Shown: positions 18,019-28,355 of the stretch, piece by piece
Layout of the letters: each line of letters starts with the position of its first letter
Position numbering within the stretch: position 1 is the first letter of the stretch
Virus record (IMG/VR): IMGVR_UViG_2706796644_000001
Location: 96,001 to 160,000 of that record
Strand: one strand, 5' to 3'
Origin: a virus
Lineage: Duplodnaviria; Caudoviricetes
DNA: 64,000 nucleotides
Notes under the pieces: generated by a model
Told to the model about the DNA's origin: nothing
What the model saw: the letters and a program-made list of their open reading frames with translations, nothing else
Databases searched by the model: none
Program-made: the position numbers and the translations under genes

Positions 18019-20220
18019 ATGGCAGTCAACACGGAAGTTAAAGGGCAACTCGCCAAACTTCTGGCCACTGAAAATCTTCAGGTGGAGCATCGTAAGATTA
18101 CCACTGCTTACTTTGATGTTGATCGCCGTGTTCTTGCCCTGCCAATCTGGAAAGATGTCAGTGGCGACGTGTATGACCTCCTAGTAGGTCATGAAGTTGG
18201 ACATGCTCTGTATACTCCTAATGTAGATTACAGTGGTGCCCCAAAGGATTTTATCAACGTCTTAGAGGATGCTCGTATTGAGCGTAAGATGAAGGTAACA
18301 TATCCAGGACTGAAGAAGTCTTTCTATCGTGGTTATTCTGAACTGCATCAGAAAGATTTCTTTGGAATTGCTAACCGTTATATATCCGATCTATCTCTTA
18401 TTGATCGTATCAATTTACACTTCAAGATTGGATCTCTTGTAGAGATTGTATTCTCTCCAGAAGAAGCACCATGGGTGTTTCGTGCATCTAACACACGAAC
18501 CTTCCAAGATGTCTTAGAACTTTCTCAGGACTTGGCTGAGTGGATTAAGTCTAAGCAAGATGAAAAAGAAATAGAACAACCAAAGACTAGAACTGGTACA
18601 GCAACAGATAGCGACACTGAGTACTCTCCATCTACTACGGAGCAGCAGTCATTCCCCTCAGATTCAGAAGAGGAAATGACTCACGAAGAGATGCTTGAGG
18701 AAGCAGAAAAGAGAGAACAAGAAAATGCAGATCTAGGCACTCCCAGTTACGAGAAGTGGGAAGATGAACTAGATGAGATGGAGAGTATTACTGATGCTGC
18801 TTCTGTACAATCTCAGCAAGATTTAGTTGATGATAATGCTAAGGAGTGGGTATACTTAGATCTACCTGAGATCAACATTGATAATGTTATAGTACCTTAT
18901 AAGGAAGTCTTTGAAGACCTAGGTTCCTTCTATAATAAGGAGGTTCCTGATTCTAATTACCATGAACATATTAAAAGACAGAAGAAGTTTAACGAGAGAA
19001 AGTACTATGAGTTCTACAAATCTTCTACCAAAACTGTAAACTATCTTGTCAAGCAGTTTGAAATGAAGAAGTCTGCTGATGCCTATGCTCGTGCTCAGAC
19101 ATCACGTACTGGAGTTATTGATACAAATTCAATTTATAAGTATAAACTCACCGATGATATCTTTAAGAAAACCTCTGTAGTTTCTGATGGAAAGAATCAT
19201 GGATTGATTATGTACCTTGATTGGTCAGGTTCTATGAACACAAACACCAATACAGGTACTCTTCTTACGGATACTATTAAACAAACTTACAATCTTATTT
19301 GGTTCTGTAAGAAAGTTAATATACCTTTCCGTGTGTATGCATTTACAAATGGTTGGGGTGGAACAAGAAGATCTAATTTGATGCACCAAGATTCATTTAA
19401 ACTTGAGAATAATATCTTGGGTATTTGTCCAACCTTTGAGTTGTTTGAATTCTTTTCTTCTAAGATGAAGAGTAAAGAACTTGACTTGATGATGAAGTAT
19501 GTGTGGGCGCAAGTATGGAACATGCATCGTTCCTTTGGAGTTCCTATGAATCCACGATATGGACTTGGTGGTACTCCATTAGCGGATGCAGTTATCTGTA
19601 CTCCAGATGTAGTAAAGAAATTCAAAGCAATTGAGAAAGTTCAGAAGACTAACGTTATTGTTCTTAGTGACGGAGAATCCAATCCACTAAGTTATGTGCG
19701 AGAGACAACTCAATTCAATTACTCTTACCAGACTGGAAGTTATGCAGAGCACGAGACATACTTCCGTCAAGATTATCTTTGCCATAACTGTCACAAAGTC
19801 TTTATCGTGAGAGATCCTAAAACTGGATACTCATCAAGAATTAAGACTGAAGCAAATTATACTACCCGTGAAATTGTTCAATACTTCAAGAACAATACTG
19901 ACTATAATTGGATTGGTATTCGTATCGGTGACAAACGTGACTTGAATTGGATCCTCAAGAATACTCTAACGTATGATGAGCAACAGATTCAAGACAAGCA
20001 TTGGTCAAAGCATAAGTTTTGTTCTATTAAAAATTACGGATACACTGAGTTGTTTATTTACTCATCACATAATATGGGAGCAAGCACCAAAGATATTGAT
20101 GTGAAAGTTAAAGGAGAAACCGTTACTGCCAGTGAACTTACCCGTGCTTTTAAAAAGCATATGGGATCAAAGATGACCAATAAAGCTATACTAAATAAGT
20201 TTGTTGAGCAAATCGCATGA
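18019..20220 (+). CDS. HEXXH metallopeptidase-like plus VWA domain protein (CobT-like partner of the AAA+ ATPase)
   Basis: HEVGH...LEDARIE, acidic linker, MIDAS motif LDWSGSM, GGTPL, LSDGE. The ORF-track start 17977 lies inside the promoter, so 18019 is preferred. Confidence 0.8.
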   Translation: MAVNTEVKGQLAKLLATENLQVEHRKITTAYFDVDRRVLALPIWKDVSGDVYDLLVGHEVGHALYTPNVDYSGAPKDFINVLEDARIERKMKVTYPGLKKSFYRGYSELHQKDFFGIANRYISDLSLIDRINLHFKIGSLVEIVFSPEEAPWVFRASNTRTFQDVLELSQDLAEWIKSKQDEKEIEQPKTRTGTATDSDTEYSPSTTEQQSFPSDSEEEMTHEEMLEEAEKREQENADLGTPSYEKWEDELDEMESITDAASVQSQQDLVDDNAKEWVYLDLPEINIDNVIVPYKEVFEDLGSFYNKEVPDSNYHEHIKRQKKFNERKYYEFYKSSTKTVNYLVKQFEMKKSADAYARAQTSRTGVIDTNSIYKYKLTDDIFKKTSVVSDGKNHGLIMYLDWSGSMNTNTNTGTLLTDTIKQTYNLIWFCKKVNIPFRVYAFTNGWGGTRRSNLMHQDSFKLENNILGICPTFELFEFFSSKMKSKELDLMMKYVWAQVWNMHRSFGVPMNPRYGLGGTPLADAVICTPDVVKKFKAIEKVQKTNVIVLSDGESNPLSYVRETTQFNYSYQTGSYAEHETYFRQDYLCHNCHKVFIVRDPKTGYSSRIKTEANYTTREIVQYFKNNTDYNWIGIRIGDKRDLNWILKNTLTYDEQQIQDKHWSKHKFCSIKNYGYTELFIYSSHNMGASTKDIDVKVKGETVTASELTRAFKKHMGSKMTNKAILNKFVEQIA

Positions 20221-20420
20221 AAACTAGATGGGACTTTGAGTATTATTACAAGGGTGACGAGAGAAAATACTCTGGTCATGTCTATGCTAATACTCAAATG
20301 CAAGCTTGTATAAACTTCCAGAAGGCATACAAGAATGCTTTTATGATTGGGTATCCACACCCAACATCAAAATCAACTTCTGGACAAGAGACCATAGCGA
20401 CCGATTCACTAAATATGTAA
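20217..20420 (+). CDS. Hypothetical protein
   Basis: ATGA-coupled to the previous gene. Confidence 0.55.
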   Translation: MKTRWDFEYYYKGDERKYSGHVYANTQMQACINFQKAYKNAFMIGYPHPTSKSTSGQETIATDSLNM

Positions 20421-20428
20421 ATACAAAG

Positions 20429-20743
20429 ATGTTATCAACACAGTACAGACTGCGCTTAGAGTTCATTTGTAAATGTATTGCAAATGGTGAAGAGGTAAAA
20501 TTAGATGATATGATCTGGGCAGAGAAGTTGGCAAAGAGTCACACTACTGCTAGAGACTGGTTACAAAAAGCACGAAGACAATCTTCTCAAGAAATTGAAG
20601 AAGGTAGTACCGATGATTTTCTGAATAGGATGGGCTTAGGTGACCCCGATCCATCCAATCACAGAAAGGGGTTTAGTAGTGCTGACGATATTAAAGATTG
20701 GTTTCAACAGGATAAACCTGATGATTGGAGGCAAAGAGATTAG
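20429..20743 (+). CDS. Cyanophage-type hypothetical protein (MLSTQYRLRLE...DDWRQRD)
   Basis: ATG follows late boxes at 20409 and 20417. Confidence 0.7.
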   Translation: MLSTQYRLRLEFICKCIANGEEVKLDDMIWAEKLAKSHTTARDWLQKARRQSSQEIEEGSTDDFLNRMGLGDPDPSNHRKGFSSADDIKDWFQQDKPDDWRQRD

Positions 20744-21219
20744 TGAGGGATAGAATTATTATTGCTGATAACATAATCTCTAAAGTAGATTGTGATTACC
20801 TAATTGAATTCTATGAAGATAATCCTCAGGACCATCGTCCATGGTTAGATTATAATAGAATGACGATTAAACCTCCAGCAAATCAGCGGGTGTTAGACAT
20901 TCTATTCAAAGTTATTCGTGAATCTTCTTATGTAATTGAATGGTGTGAGATTGCAAAACGACCTCCAACTTCAGGTCACCCAAAACATTTTGATGAATCT
21001 TCTGACAAAACAGTTTTGTCTTCAGTTACATATCTAAATCAAGATTTTGCTGGTGGTGAAACATATATTGTTAATGATATTGAAGTCCCTCCTAAAACTG
21101 GTAGAACATTATATTTTGATGGAAAATGTTATGAGCATGGAGTTAATACAGTAAAAGATTCTGATAGATATACATTAGCAATTTGGTATAACATAAGAGA
21201 TGAAAAAGCAAAAGTCTGA
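20725..21219 (+). CDS. 2OG-Fe(II) oxygenase (start probably GTG 20743)
   Basis: HFD, YLNQDFAGGET, HGV, RYTLAIW. Confidence 0.88.
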   Translation: MEAKRLVRDRIIIADNIISKVDCDYLIEFYEDNPQDHRPWLDYNRMTIKPPANQRVLDILFKVIRESSYVIEWCEIAKRPPTSGHPKHFDESSDKTVLSSVTYLNQDFAGGETYIVNDIEVPPKTGRTLYFDGKCYEHGVNTVKDSDRYTLAIWYNIRDEKAKV

Positions 21220-21343
21220 TTATGTCTGTGTCCCCACATGGAACCCAATTTTTGAACGTATGCAGTATCATTGGGTTCACAAGTCCGAAAAGAATCCAGT
21301 GCAATTCGTGAAAAATCTCAACCCAGAGCAAGAAGTGCTATGA
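21200..21343 (+). CDS. 47-aa hypothetical protein (MKKQKSDYVCVPTWNP...), not in ORF track
   Basis: Fills the gap; its stop overlaps the next ATG. Confidence 0.5.
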   Translation: MKKQKSDYVCVPTWNPIFERMQYHWVHKSEKNPVQFVKNLNPEQEVL

Positions 21344-21639
21344 GTAGCAAGATGATGTTCGTAGTTGATGCTGGCAACGGCAGATGTATCACTCACGATG
21401 GATACATTCAACTCGGTAGTTTCTCTCATAGTGTAGAGAAGCATCTTGAACTATGTCCCGAACAAGAATGGCAGGTAACATATTGGATGCCTGATCCATT
21501 TTATATGAGATACCCACGACCAAACTATCAGCATACTATGAAGGCGAATGAAGGTTCACCTAAGACTGATAATGCTACTGATAGTAGACCAAGAGATTTT
21601 CCAGACCAAGCAACGAATAGACTTGAGAGAACATTATGA
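21340..21639 (+). CDS. Hypothetical protein
   Basis: ORF with coupled start. Confidence 0.6.
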   Translation: MSSKMMFVVDAGNGRCITHDGYIQLGSFSHSVEKHLELCPEQEWQVTYWMPDPFYMRYPRPNYQHTMKANEGSPKTDNATDSRPRDFPDQATNRLERTL

Positions 21640-21748
21640 AAATGTGGGAGACAAAATGCTCTGGGTGTGGTAAGATGACACCAGCAAATCAGTGTCCTCA
21701 GTTGATGATGGTTCCTCTTTGCAAACCATGCTGGTTAAAATCTAAAAA

Positions 21749-21958
21749 ATGTCATTCTTCGTCCCGATGAGAGTGATAGGCAGCGGCCTTGTGATCGTTG
21801 CTTATTTTATTATTCTTCATATCAATACATCAGTTGGTGTTGTATTGCAATTGGTTGGTGATAGTATTTCAATTCCTTACTTCGTACGGACAAAATCTTG
21901 GGATGTAGTTATTATGATTACATTCCTCCTAGTGATCTCTGCCTCGCATTTACTATGA
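21749..21958 (+). CDS. Small membrane protein
   Basis: Three hydrophobic segments. Confidence 0.6.
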   Translation: MSFFVPMRVIGSGLVIVAYFIILHINTSVGVVLQLVGDSISIPYFVRTKSWDVVIMITFLLVISASHLL

Positions 21959-22467
21959 ACATCTTTGTCACTGACGAGTCACCTTACAAATCTGCACGGG
22001 TTCTACCAGACAAGCACATCGTCAAGATGCCCCTGGAGACCTGCCAGATGCTCGCTATAGTCGCCTCAGACAAGTGGGGACATGGTTATGGTACTTTGCC
22101 TAAGGCAGACGGTACACCCTATGCTACAGAGAAGGGAGCGTTTCGTAATCACCCCTGCACCAAGTGGGCAAATGAGACTGTATCCAACGCTCGCTGGTTG
22201 CTGCAGCATGGGTTTGCTTTATGTGAAGAGTATGCAGCACGATATGGTAAAGTCCATACTTGCTTCAAGACTCTCCTTGCTGCTGACGAAATCATCCCCA
22301 AAGTATCCTTGGATGACCATACTCCTTTTGTCTTTGCAGGACCTGACGAGTATAAGTATGATACAAGCATTGATATTTTCACTGCATATAAGATGTACAT
22401 TGCATCTAAACCATGGGTTTCAGATAACTACTTACGATTACCACACCACAAACCTGACTGGATTTGA
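21955..22467 (+). CDS. Pyrimidine-dimer DNA glycosylase / endonuclease V-like protein
   Basis: MNIFVTD...PDKHIVKMPLETCQML, NHPCTKW, EYAARYGKVH. Confidence 0.8.
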   Translation: MNIFVTDESPYKSARVLPDKHIVKMPLETCQMLAIVASDKWGHGYGTLPKADGTPYATEKGAFRNHPCTKWANETVSNARWLLQHGFALCEEYAARYGKVHTCFKTLLAADEIIPKVSLDDHTPFVFAGPDEYKYDTSIDIFTAYKMYIASKPWVSDNYLRLPHHKPDWI

Positions 22468-22745
22468 TTATGAAATTTAAAGCACTGATATTCATCCGAC
22501 TACGATCACAGGTTGATGACTCTCCTGGTAATGCTGTGAGAGATGGTAGTAAAAGATTGTCTGAGTTAAATATTAAGAAACTCAGACTTGGTAAGGTGAT
22601 TGATGTTTGGTTGGAAGCACCGACCAGAGAGTATGCTGAGAAAGAAATTGAAATGCTATCTGATCGTTTCTATGCTAATACAGTCATGGAAGATTGGGAT
22701 TATGAACTGACTGAGATTGACGCTTTCCCTAAAGGTATTGAATAA
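22464..22745 (+). CDS. purS: Phosphoribosylformylglycinamidine synthase subunit PurS
   Basis: LRSQVDDSPGNAV, LRLGKVID, ANTVMED. Confidence 0.85.
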   Translation: MIMKFKALIFIRLRSQVDDSPGNAVRDGSKRLSELNIKKLRLGKVIDVWLEAPTREYAEKEIEMLSDRFYANTVMEDWDYELTEIDAFPKGIE

Positions 22746-22939
22746 TGGATGACTTTAACAAACCAGGTTCTAATAAGACTTGGATGGACGATGGATTCAA
22801 GAAGTATGCTGCTGAATGGCAACTCAATAATATTGAGAAACTATTGGATGCTAAGGTAGAACGTTGTAATGTATATAATAGTGATGATAGAGATCAAGTG
22901 TACCATCAGATCACGATCCGATACAAGGTAGACAGCTGA
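22745..22939 (+). CDS. Hypothetical protein
   Basis: ORF coupled to purS. Confidence 0.55.
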   Translation: MDDFNKPGSNKTWMDDGFKKYAAEWQLNNIEKLLDAKVERCNVYNSDDRDQVYHQITIRYKVDS

Positions 22940-22943
22940 GCAT

Positions 22944-22987
22944 CTGTCACCCTGTTACTTGCGATCCCAAACCATAACTGCTATACT
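22944..22987 (+). promoter_or_regulatory. Early sigma70-type promoter with upstream CTGTCAC box
   Basis: CTGTCAC - 8 nt - TTGCGA - 17 nt - TATACT. Confidence 0.75.
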
Positions 22988-23011
22988 TACAAAGTAAACA
23001 GAGAGAAACCG

Positions 23012-24100
23012 ATGCCTCGCAAGTCCCAACTTACTACAGACACAATCGTTTCCTATCTGTCAGAGACATATGGAGATGAATTTGGTTCTGATGCAATTCG
23101 TTCTGCATCATCCACCTTTGGTGTGTCTGTGCCTACAGTAGTCAAGCGTCTTGAAAAGTATAAAACTGGCCGCGGCAAGTGGGACTTGTCTGTAACTGAA
23201 CTAGAGCAAGCATATCAAGCACCAGCAGCAGTTACTTCAGAGTCTATGGTTCCTCTGAAGCAAGAATCCTATGTACCTTTTGGTAACTTTGCTGATGTAT
23301 ATAAAGTAATTAAATCAAATATTTTCTATCCAGTGTTCATTACTGGACTATCTGGAAACGGTAAGACTCTTTCTGCAGAGCAGGCATGTGCCAAAGCAGG
23401 ACGTGAGATGATCCGTGTAAACATTACTATTGAAACTGATGAAGATGATCTGCTTGGTGGCTTTCGCCTTGTTGATGGGGCAACTGTTTGGCATAACGGA
23501 CCTGTCATTGAAGCACTTGAACGAGGAGCAATCCTGCTACTGGATGAAGTTGACCTTGCTTCCAACAAAATTCTTTGTCTCCAGTCCATCCTTGAAGGTA
23601 AAGGGGTGTTTCTGAAGAAGATTGGTAAATATGTAACTCCCATGGAAGGATTCAACGTCATCGCCACTGCTAACACTAAGGGCAAGGGTTCTGATGACGG
23701 TCGCTTTATCGGCACCAACGTGCTGAACGAAGCATTCCTTGAGCGTTTCCCTATTACATTTGAGCAATCTTATCCAAGTGCAGTCACAGAATCTAAGATT
23801 CTATTGAATGTTGGATGTGATGTTGACTTTGCAGAGAAACTAGTCAAGTGGGCTAACGCTATCCGCAAAACATTTTATGATGGTGGGGTTGATGAAATCA
23901 TCACCACCCGTCGTCTAGTACATATCTCACAAGCATATGATATCTTTGGTGATCGTCTTAAAGCAGTCAACTGCTGCATCAACCGATTTGACGATGACAC
24001 CAAGCAATCTTTCCTAGATCTGTATTCAATGGTTGACTCAGGAGAAGAAACCGAGTATACTACAGATGAAGAAATCGTCAGTGAACTGTCACCTTCATGA
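23012..24100 (+). CDS. cobS: CobS/MoxR-like AAA+ ATPase
   Basis: GLSGNGKT, LLLDEVD, ATANTKG, NEAFLERF. Confidence 0.9.
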   Translation: MPRKSQLTTDTIVSYLSETYGDEFGSDAIRSASSTFGVSVPTVVKRLEKYKTGRGKWDLSVTELEQAYQAPAAVTSESMVPLKQESYVPFGNFADVYKVIKSNIFYPVFITGLSGNGKTLSAEQACAKAGREMIRVNITIETDEDDLLGGFRLVDGATVWHNGPVIEALERGAILLLDEVDLASNKILCLQSILEGKGVFLKKIGKYVTPMEGFNVIATANTKGKGSDDGRFIGTNVLNEAFLERFPITFEQSYPSAVTESKILLNVGCDVDFAEKLVKWANAIRKTFYDGGVDEIITTRRLVHISQAYDIFGDRLKAVNCCINRFDDDTKQSFLDLYSMVDSGEETEYTTDEEIVSELSPS

Positions 24101-24384
24101 CAAACAAATACAACGAAGAGGAACTCCTCAAAGAGCTTAAGGACTACATTACAGGAACCTATGGGCAACACTATTCTGCAGGCAATGATGCAATTCAAAC
24201 GTTAGATTTGATTGAAGCATGTGGAGACGCTGAGGCATTCTGCCGTAGCAACATCCTGAAGTATGCTTCTCGCTATGACCGTAAGGGCACTGCTCGCCGT
24301 GACATTATCAAGATCCTACACTACGGTCTCCTCCTCCTTCACTTCTCCGACAAATCTCAAACGACTGAAAACTACCCACAATGA
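24097..24384 (+). CDS. Conserved hypothetical protein (DUF3310-like)
   Basis: HYS, NILKYASRY..KG...DI.K..HY. Confidence 0.7.
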   Translation: MTNKYNEEELLKELKDYITGTYGQHYSAGNDAIQTLDLIEACGDAEAFCRSNILKYASRYDRKGTARRDIIKILHYGLLLLHFSDKSQTTENYPQ

Positions 24385-25049
24385 CCGTCCTTTCTCAACA
24401 AACTATTGATCTACTGAATAACTTTAGTAGCATCAACAAATCTATTGTTATTAACCCTGGTAATAAACTTAGTACCATCAGTGTTAATAAGAACATTATG
24501 TGTACTGCTGACATTGAGGAGAATTTTGACAAGCAGATCTCTATCTATGATCTGTCTCAGTTCCTAGGATGCATTCGTTTGTTTGATCAACCAAACTTTG
24601 ACACCAGTAACACTCAGTATCTCTCTATCAGCAATAGTAGTGGAACGTCGCGAACTCGCTTCTTCTACTCTGACCCTGATGTAATCGTACAACCACCAGA
24701 CAAAGAACTTCAGATGCCGTCTGAAGATGTCAAGTTTAAACTTTCGTCTTCTGTACTGCGAGATCTAACAAGAGCAGGACAAGTCTATGGAGTTCCTGAT
24801 CTCTGCTTGTATGCAGACAACGGACTGCTAAAACTTTGTGTGACTGATAAGAAGAATGAAACTTCAAATACATTTGCTATTGAAGTTGGTGAGAGTGATG
24901 GAGAGTTTTGCTATTGCTTTAAGATTGAGAACCTTAAGTTGATTGATGATGACTATAATGTCACTGTAAGTAAGCACAACGTAGCATACTTTGAAGGTAG
25001 TAATAAATTCAACGCACGTTATTGGATTGCCTTAGAACCAAATCAATGA
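24381..25049 (+). CDS. gp45: Sliding clamp
   Basis: NFSSINKSI, IYDLSQFL, YWIALEP. Confidence 0.95.
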   Translation: MTVLSQQTIDLLNNFSSINKSIVINPGNKLSTISVNKNIMCTADIEENFDKQISIYDLSQFLGCIRLFDQPNFDTSNTQYLSISNSSGTSRTRFFYSDPDVIVQPPDKELQMPSEDVKFKLSSSVLRDLTRAGQVYGVPDLCLYADNGLLKLCVTDKKNETSNTFAIEVGESDGEFCYCFKIENLKLIDDDYNVTVSKHNVAYFEGSNKFNARYWIALEPNQ

Positions 25050-25582
25050 TATTCAAGCACTCTTTTTCACTACATCCTGATCTCAAATCAGGATTACTCC
25101 ATAGTATTAAATACTCCCCTGGAAAAGAGTTCAAGGATAGCAATGATTCTATTGCAAAAACAGATTACTATGAAAAACTGTCCATAGATCAAAAACAATA
25201 TCTAGGACTCCTTCATAGTAATCTTAATTCTGTCTATGAAGACATGATGCGGCACTATTGTATATCAGATTTTAGTTTATATAACGGTTGGTATCAGCAA
25301 TACAACAAATCCGATACACATGGATGGCATATCCACGCCATGTCTACTCTGAGTATGGTATACTATATTGAGTTGGAAGATCCAACTGATTGTACTGAGT
25401 TCTGGATTCCTGAAACACGAACAAGGTTCCAACCAGATGTCGTTGAGGGAGACATCATAGTGTTCCCTGCTAGCATACCTCACAGATCTCCTCCTCTACA
25501 ATCAAGTTCAAGAAAGACGATCATAAGCTGCAACTATAATATCCAAAAGATCAATTCAAACTGCATCAACAATGGCAAATGA
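25046..25582 (+). CDS. 2OG-Fe(II) oxygenase-like protein
   Basis: WYQQY...HGWHIH, VYYI, EGDIIVFPASIPH, KTIISCN. Confidence 0.78.
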   Translation: MIFKHSFSLHPDLKSGLLHSIKYSPGKEFKDSNDSIAKTDYYEKLSIDQKQYLGLLHSNLNSVYEDMMRHYCISDFSLYNGWYQQYNKSDTHGWHIHAMSTLSMVYYIELEDPTDCTEFWIPETRTRFQPDVVEGDIIVFPASIPHRSPPLQSSSRKTIISCNYNIQKINSNCINNGK

Positions 25583-26516
25583 CTTCCTTTGGGTGGAGAA
25601 ATATCGCCCCCTCAAAATTCAAGATTGTATTCTGACTGAGCAAGTCAAGACCAACTTCCAATCTTTCCTTGACAATGGTGAGATCCCCAACTTGCTTCTC
25701 TCTGGTCCTCCTGGTATCGGTAAGACTACAGTTGCCAAAGCGTTATGTGATGAACTAGGTGCAGATTATTATGTCATTAATGGTTCCGATGAAGGACGCT
25801 TCTTGGATACTATTCGCGATAAGGCAAAGAACTTTGCCAGTACTGTGTCTCTCACTTCTACTAGTCGTCACAAAGTTCTTATCATTGATGAGGCAGACAA
25901 CACGACTGCTGATGTACAGATGCTTCTCCGTGCAGGAATTGAAGAGTTCCAAAAGAACTGCCGATTCATCTTTACCTGCAATTACAAGAACCGAATTATT
26001 GAACCTCTGCATTCGCGGTGTGCGGTCGTAGACTTTGGTGTATCAGGTCAAGATAAGAAGATACTTGCAGGTACTTTCTTTAAGCGTGTACTTGAGATTC
26101 TAAAGAAAGAGAACATTGAGTATGATGCTAGTGTAGTTGCATCTGTAGTTCAGAAGTACTTCCCTGATTGGCGTCGTGTTCTGAATGAACTTCAAAAGTA
26201 TTCTGCTGTAGGTACAATTGATAGTGGGATCTTATCAGTCATTAGTGACGCCTCAGTAGATGAACTAGTCAGTGCATTGAAAGAGACCAACTTTACTAAA
26301 GTGAAGAAGTGGGTAGTTCAAAACATTGACAACGATGTCACTTCCCTGTATCGTAAGATTTATGATACTCTATGCACCAAACTAAATAAACAGTCGGTAG
26401 CAGCAATGGTTATAATTATTGCTGAGTACCAATACAAGGCAGCATTTGTTGCCGACCAGGAGATTAATCTCCTTGCAAGTCTAACCAACATTATGATGGA
26501 GTGTGAATTTAAGTAA
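25572..26516 (+). CDS. gp44: Clamp loader large subunit
   Basis: LWVEKYRP, GPPGIGKTT, IIDEAD, LHSRC. Confidence 0.97.
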   Translation: MANDFLWVEKYRPLKIQDCILTEQVKTNFQSFLDNGEIPNLLLSGPPGIGKTTVAKALCDELGADYYVINGSDEGRFLDTIRDKAKNFASTVSLTSTSRHKVLIIDEADNTTADVQMLLRAGIEEFQKNCRFIFTCNYKNRIIEPLHSRCAVVDFGVSGQDKKILAGTFFKRVLEILKKENIEYDASVVASVVQKYFPDWRRVLNELQKYSAVGTIDSGILSVISDASVDELVSALKETNFTKVKKWVVQNIDNDVTSLYRKIYDTLCTKLNKQSVAAMVIIIAEYQYKAAFVADQEINLLASLTNIMMECEFK

Positions 26517-26803
26517 TGGATGTAAAATTACTAAGAATTGTTAGTGGAGAGGAAATTGTTGCCGAGGTTGTTTCTTGGGAAAATGGTCTCATCACTCTAA
26601 AGAACTGCTTGGCAGTCCTTCCACAAGGAACCACCTATGGATTCATGCAGTGGGCAACTGTTATTGATCCAGACAATCCAGATGTTACACTATCCATGGA
26701 TCATGTCATCTATGTAGCAACAGCACATCCTTCAGTTGTCGCTAAGTACAATGAAATGTATGGATCTGTCATTGTTCCTGAAGAGAAAAAACTAATCCTA
26801 TGA
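26516..26803 (+). CDS. Hypothetical protein (possible Sm-like fold)
   Basis: VKLLRIVSGEEIVAE. Confidence 0.65.
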   Translation: MDVKLLRIVSGEEIVAEVVSWENGLITLKNCLAVLPQGTTYGFMQWATVIDPDNPDVTLSMDHVIYVATAHPSVVAKYNEMYGSVIVPEEKKLIL

Positions 26804-26979
26804 AAACCAAAGTGAAAGCCCAAGTTAAATCTAAATTTTATTATTACTTCTGGGGTGCTGCTACAGTATCTGTAGTTCTTGGACAGTTGTATGTTGGATC
26901 TGGGTATCGTGTCTATGCTCAAAGTTTGAATAGAATTTTTGATTCTGTTGAACTCGCACCAGCACCAGGATATCTATGA
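26800..26979 (+). CDS. 59-aa membrane hypothetical protein (MKTKVKAQVKSKFYYYFWG...), not in ORF track
   Basis: ATGA-coupled at both ends. Confidence 0.55.
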   Translation: MKTKVKAQVKSKFYYYFWGAATVSVVLGQLYVGSGYRVYAQSLNRIFDSVELAPAPGYL

Positions 26980-27803
26980 GTTCCCTAAAAACTCCTCTTC
27001 GTTATCCTGGTGGGAAGAGTCGTGCAGTAAAAATGATGGCACGACATATTCCAGACCTCTCAGACTATACTATTTACAGAGAACCATTTCTTGGCGGCGG
27101 TAGTGTCGCCATTTATATTACCCAAAAATATCCTAACTTAAAAATTTGGGTCAATGATTTGTATGAACCTCTTGTAAACTTCTGGAAAGTATTGCAGGAT
27201 GATGGGTATGAACTGGGATATAAGTTGCAAGAACTTAAGTCTCAATATCCAGATCAAGAATCTGCCAGAGGTTTATTTTTAGAATCTAAGGATGTTATTA
27301 ATGACAGAACAAAAAGTAACCTGGATAGAGGTGTTGCTTTCTATGTTGCTAATAAGTGCAGTTTTTCTGGTCTTACTGAAGCATCTTCCTTCAGTAAACA
27401 AGCAAGCGATTCCAACTTCTCAATGCGAGGTATTGAAAAATTAAAAGAATATCAGAAACTGATTGAGAATTGGCAGATCACCAACTATCAGTACGGTGCT
27501 CTTCTGGATGATAACCGTGAGGCATTTGTATACCTAGATCCCCCATACGATATCAAAGATAACTTGTATGGTAAGAAGGGTGATATGCACAAGGGATTTG
27601 ACCACGACACTTTTGCCACAGTTTGTGACAATTATGTTTGCCGTCAGATGGTATCATACAACTCAAACCAAATGGTGAGAGATCGTTTTAAGGGGTGGGT
27701 TGCATCTGAGTACGATCTGACCTATACTATGAGAAGTGTTGGTGACTACATGAAGGACCAGCACGAACGCAAGGAACTCATTCTGATGAACTATGACGTG
27801 TGA
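26976..27803 (+). CDS. dam: DNA adenine methyltransferase (Dam/D12 class)
   Basis: LRYPGGKS, EPFLGGGS, YLDPPY. Confidence 0.92.
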   Translation: MSSLKTPLRYPGGKSRAVKMMARHIPDLSDYTIYREPFLGGGSVAIYITQKYPNLKIWVNDLYEPLVNFWKVLQDDGYELGYKLQELKSQYPDQESARGLFLESKDVINDRTKSNLDRGVAFYVANKCSFSGLTEASSFSKQASDSNFSMRGIEKLKEYQKLIENWQITNYQYGALLDDNREAFVYLDPPYDIKDNLYGKKGDMHKGFDHDTFATVCDNYVCRQMVSYNSNQMVRDRFKGWVASEYDLTYTMRSVGDYMKDQHERKELILMNYDV

Positions 27804-27936
27804 AGTCACGCTCTATAAGGCAGGTACAGTCTTTAAGGAGAAGGTAATCTGCCGCGACTATAACGACGCTCGTAATGTCGCTCTCGCTCGTAATCCAGGA
27901 GCACAAGTTGTAAGTGTCACCGCAGTTTTTGAATGA
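27793..27936 (+). CDS. 47-aa hypothetical protein (MTCEVTLYKAG...ALARNPGA), not in ORF track
   Basis: Fills the dam-gp62 gap; its stop overlaps the gp62 ATG. Confidence 0.6.
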   Translation: MTCEVTLYKAGTVFKEKVICRDYNDARNVALARNPGAQVVSVTAVFE

Positions 27937-28355
27937 ATTATCAACTTAAAGATTATCTTAACAGTATCAATCAGAACAAAGAGAACCTGATGGATCAAGA
28001 TGCTTCAGCAGAAAAGAAGTATCCTGCATACATTGTTAACAAGTGTATGTCTCATCATATTGATACTGTAATGCATGCCAATGAGATGAATCGTTGGTCT
28101 AATTTACCATCCAAACTTCAGTATGACTTTTTTATAAATACTGTGAGACCCAAGAAGAGATTTTCTCCTTGGGATAAGAAAGACAAGATTGAGGACCTTG
28201 AAACTGTACAAAAATACTACGGGTATTCTGTAGAGAAAGCAAGGCAAGCAATTACTATCCTGTCTCGTGATCAGATTGACTATATTAAAGATAAAATGAA
28301 TACTGGAGGACATAATGAACGACATGAGCGAAGACAAGGAGATTCCATGGACTAA
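27933..28355 (+). CDS. gp62: Clamp loader small subunit
   Basis: ANEMN, LQYDFF, KKRFSPW, YYGYSVEKA. Confidence 0.93.
   Translation: MNYQLKDYLNSINQNKENLMDQDASAEKKYPAYIVNKCMSHHIDTVMHANEMNRWSNLPSKLQYDFFINTVRPKKRFSPWDKKDKIEDLETVQKYYGYSVEKARQAITILSRDQIDYIKDKMNTGGHNERHERRQGDSMD

Noticed and set aside
23012-24100. Cobalamin biosynthesis role for cobS
   Set aside because: No other cob genes are present in the window; pairing with a VWA protein fits a general MoxR-type chaperone better.
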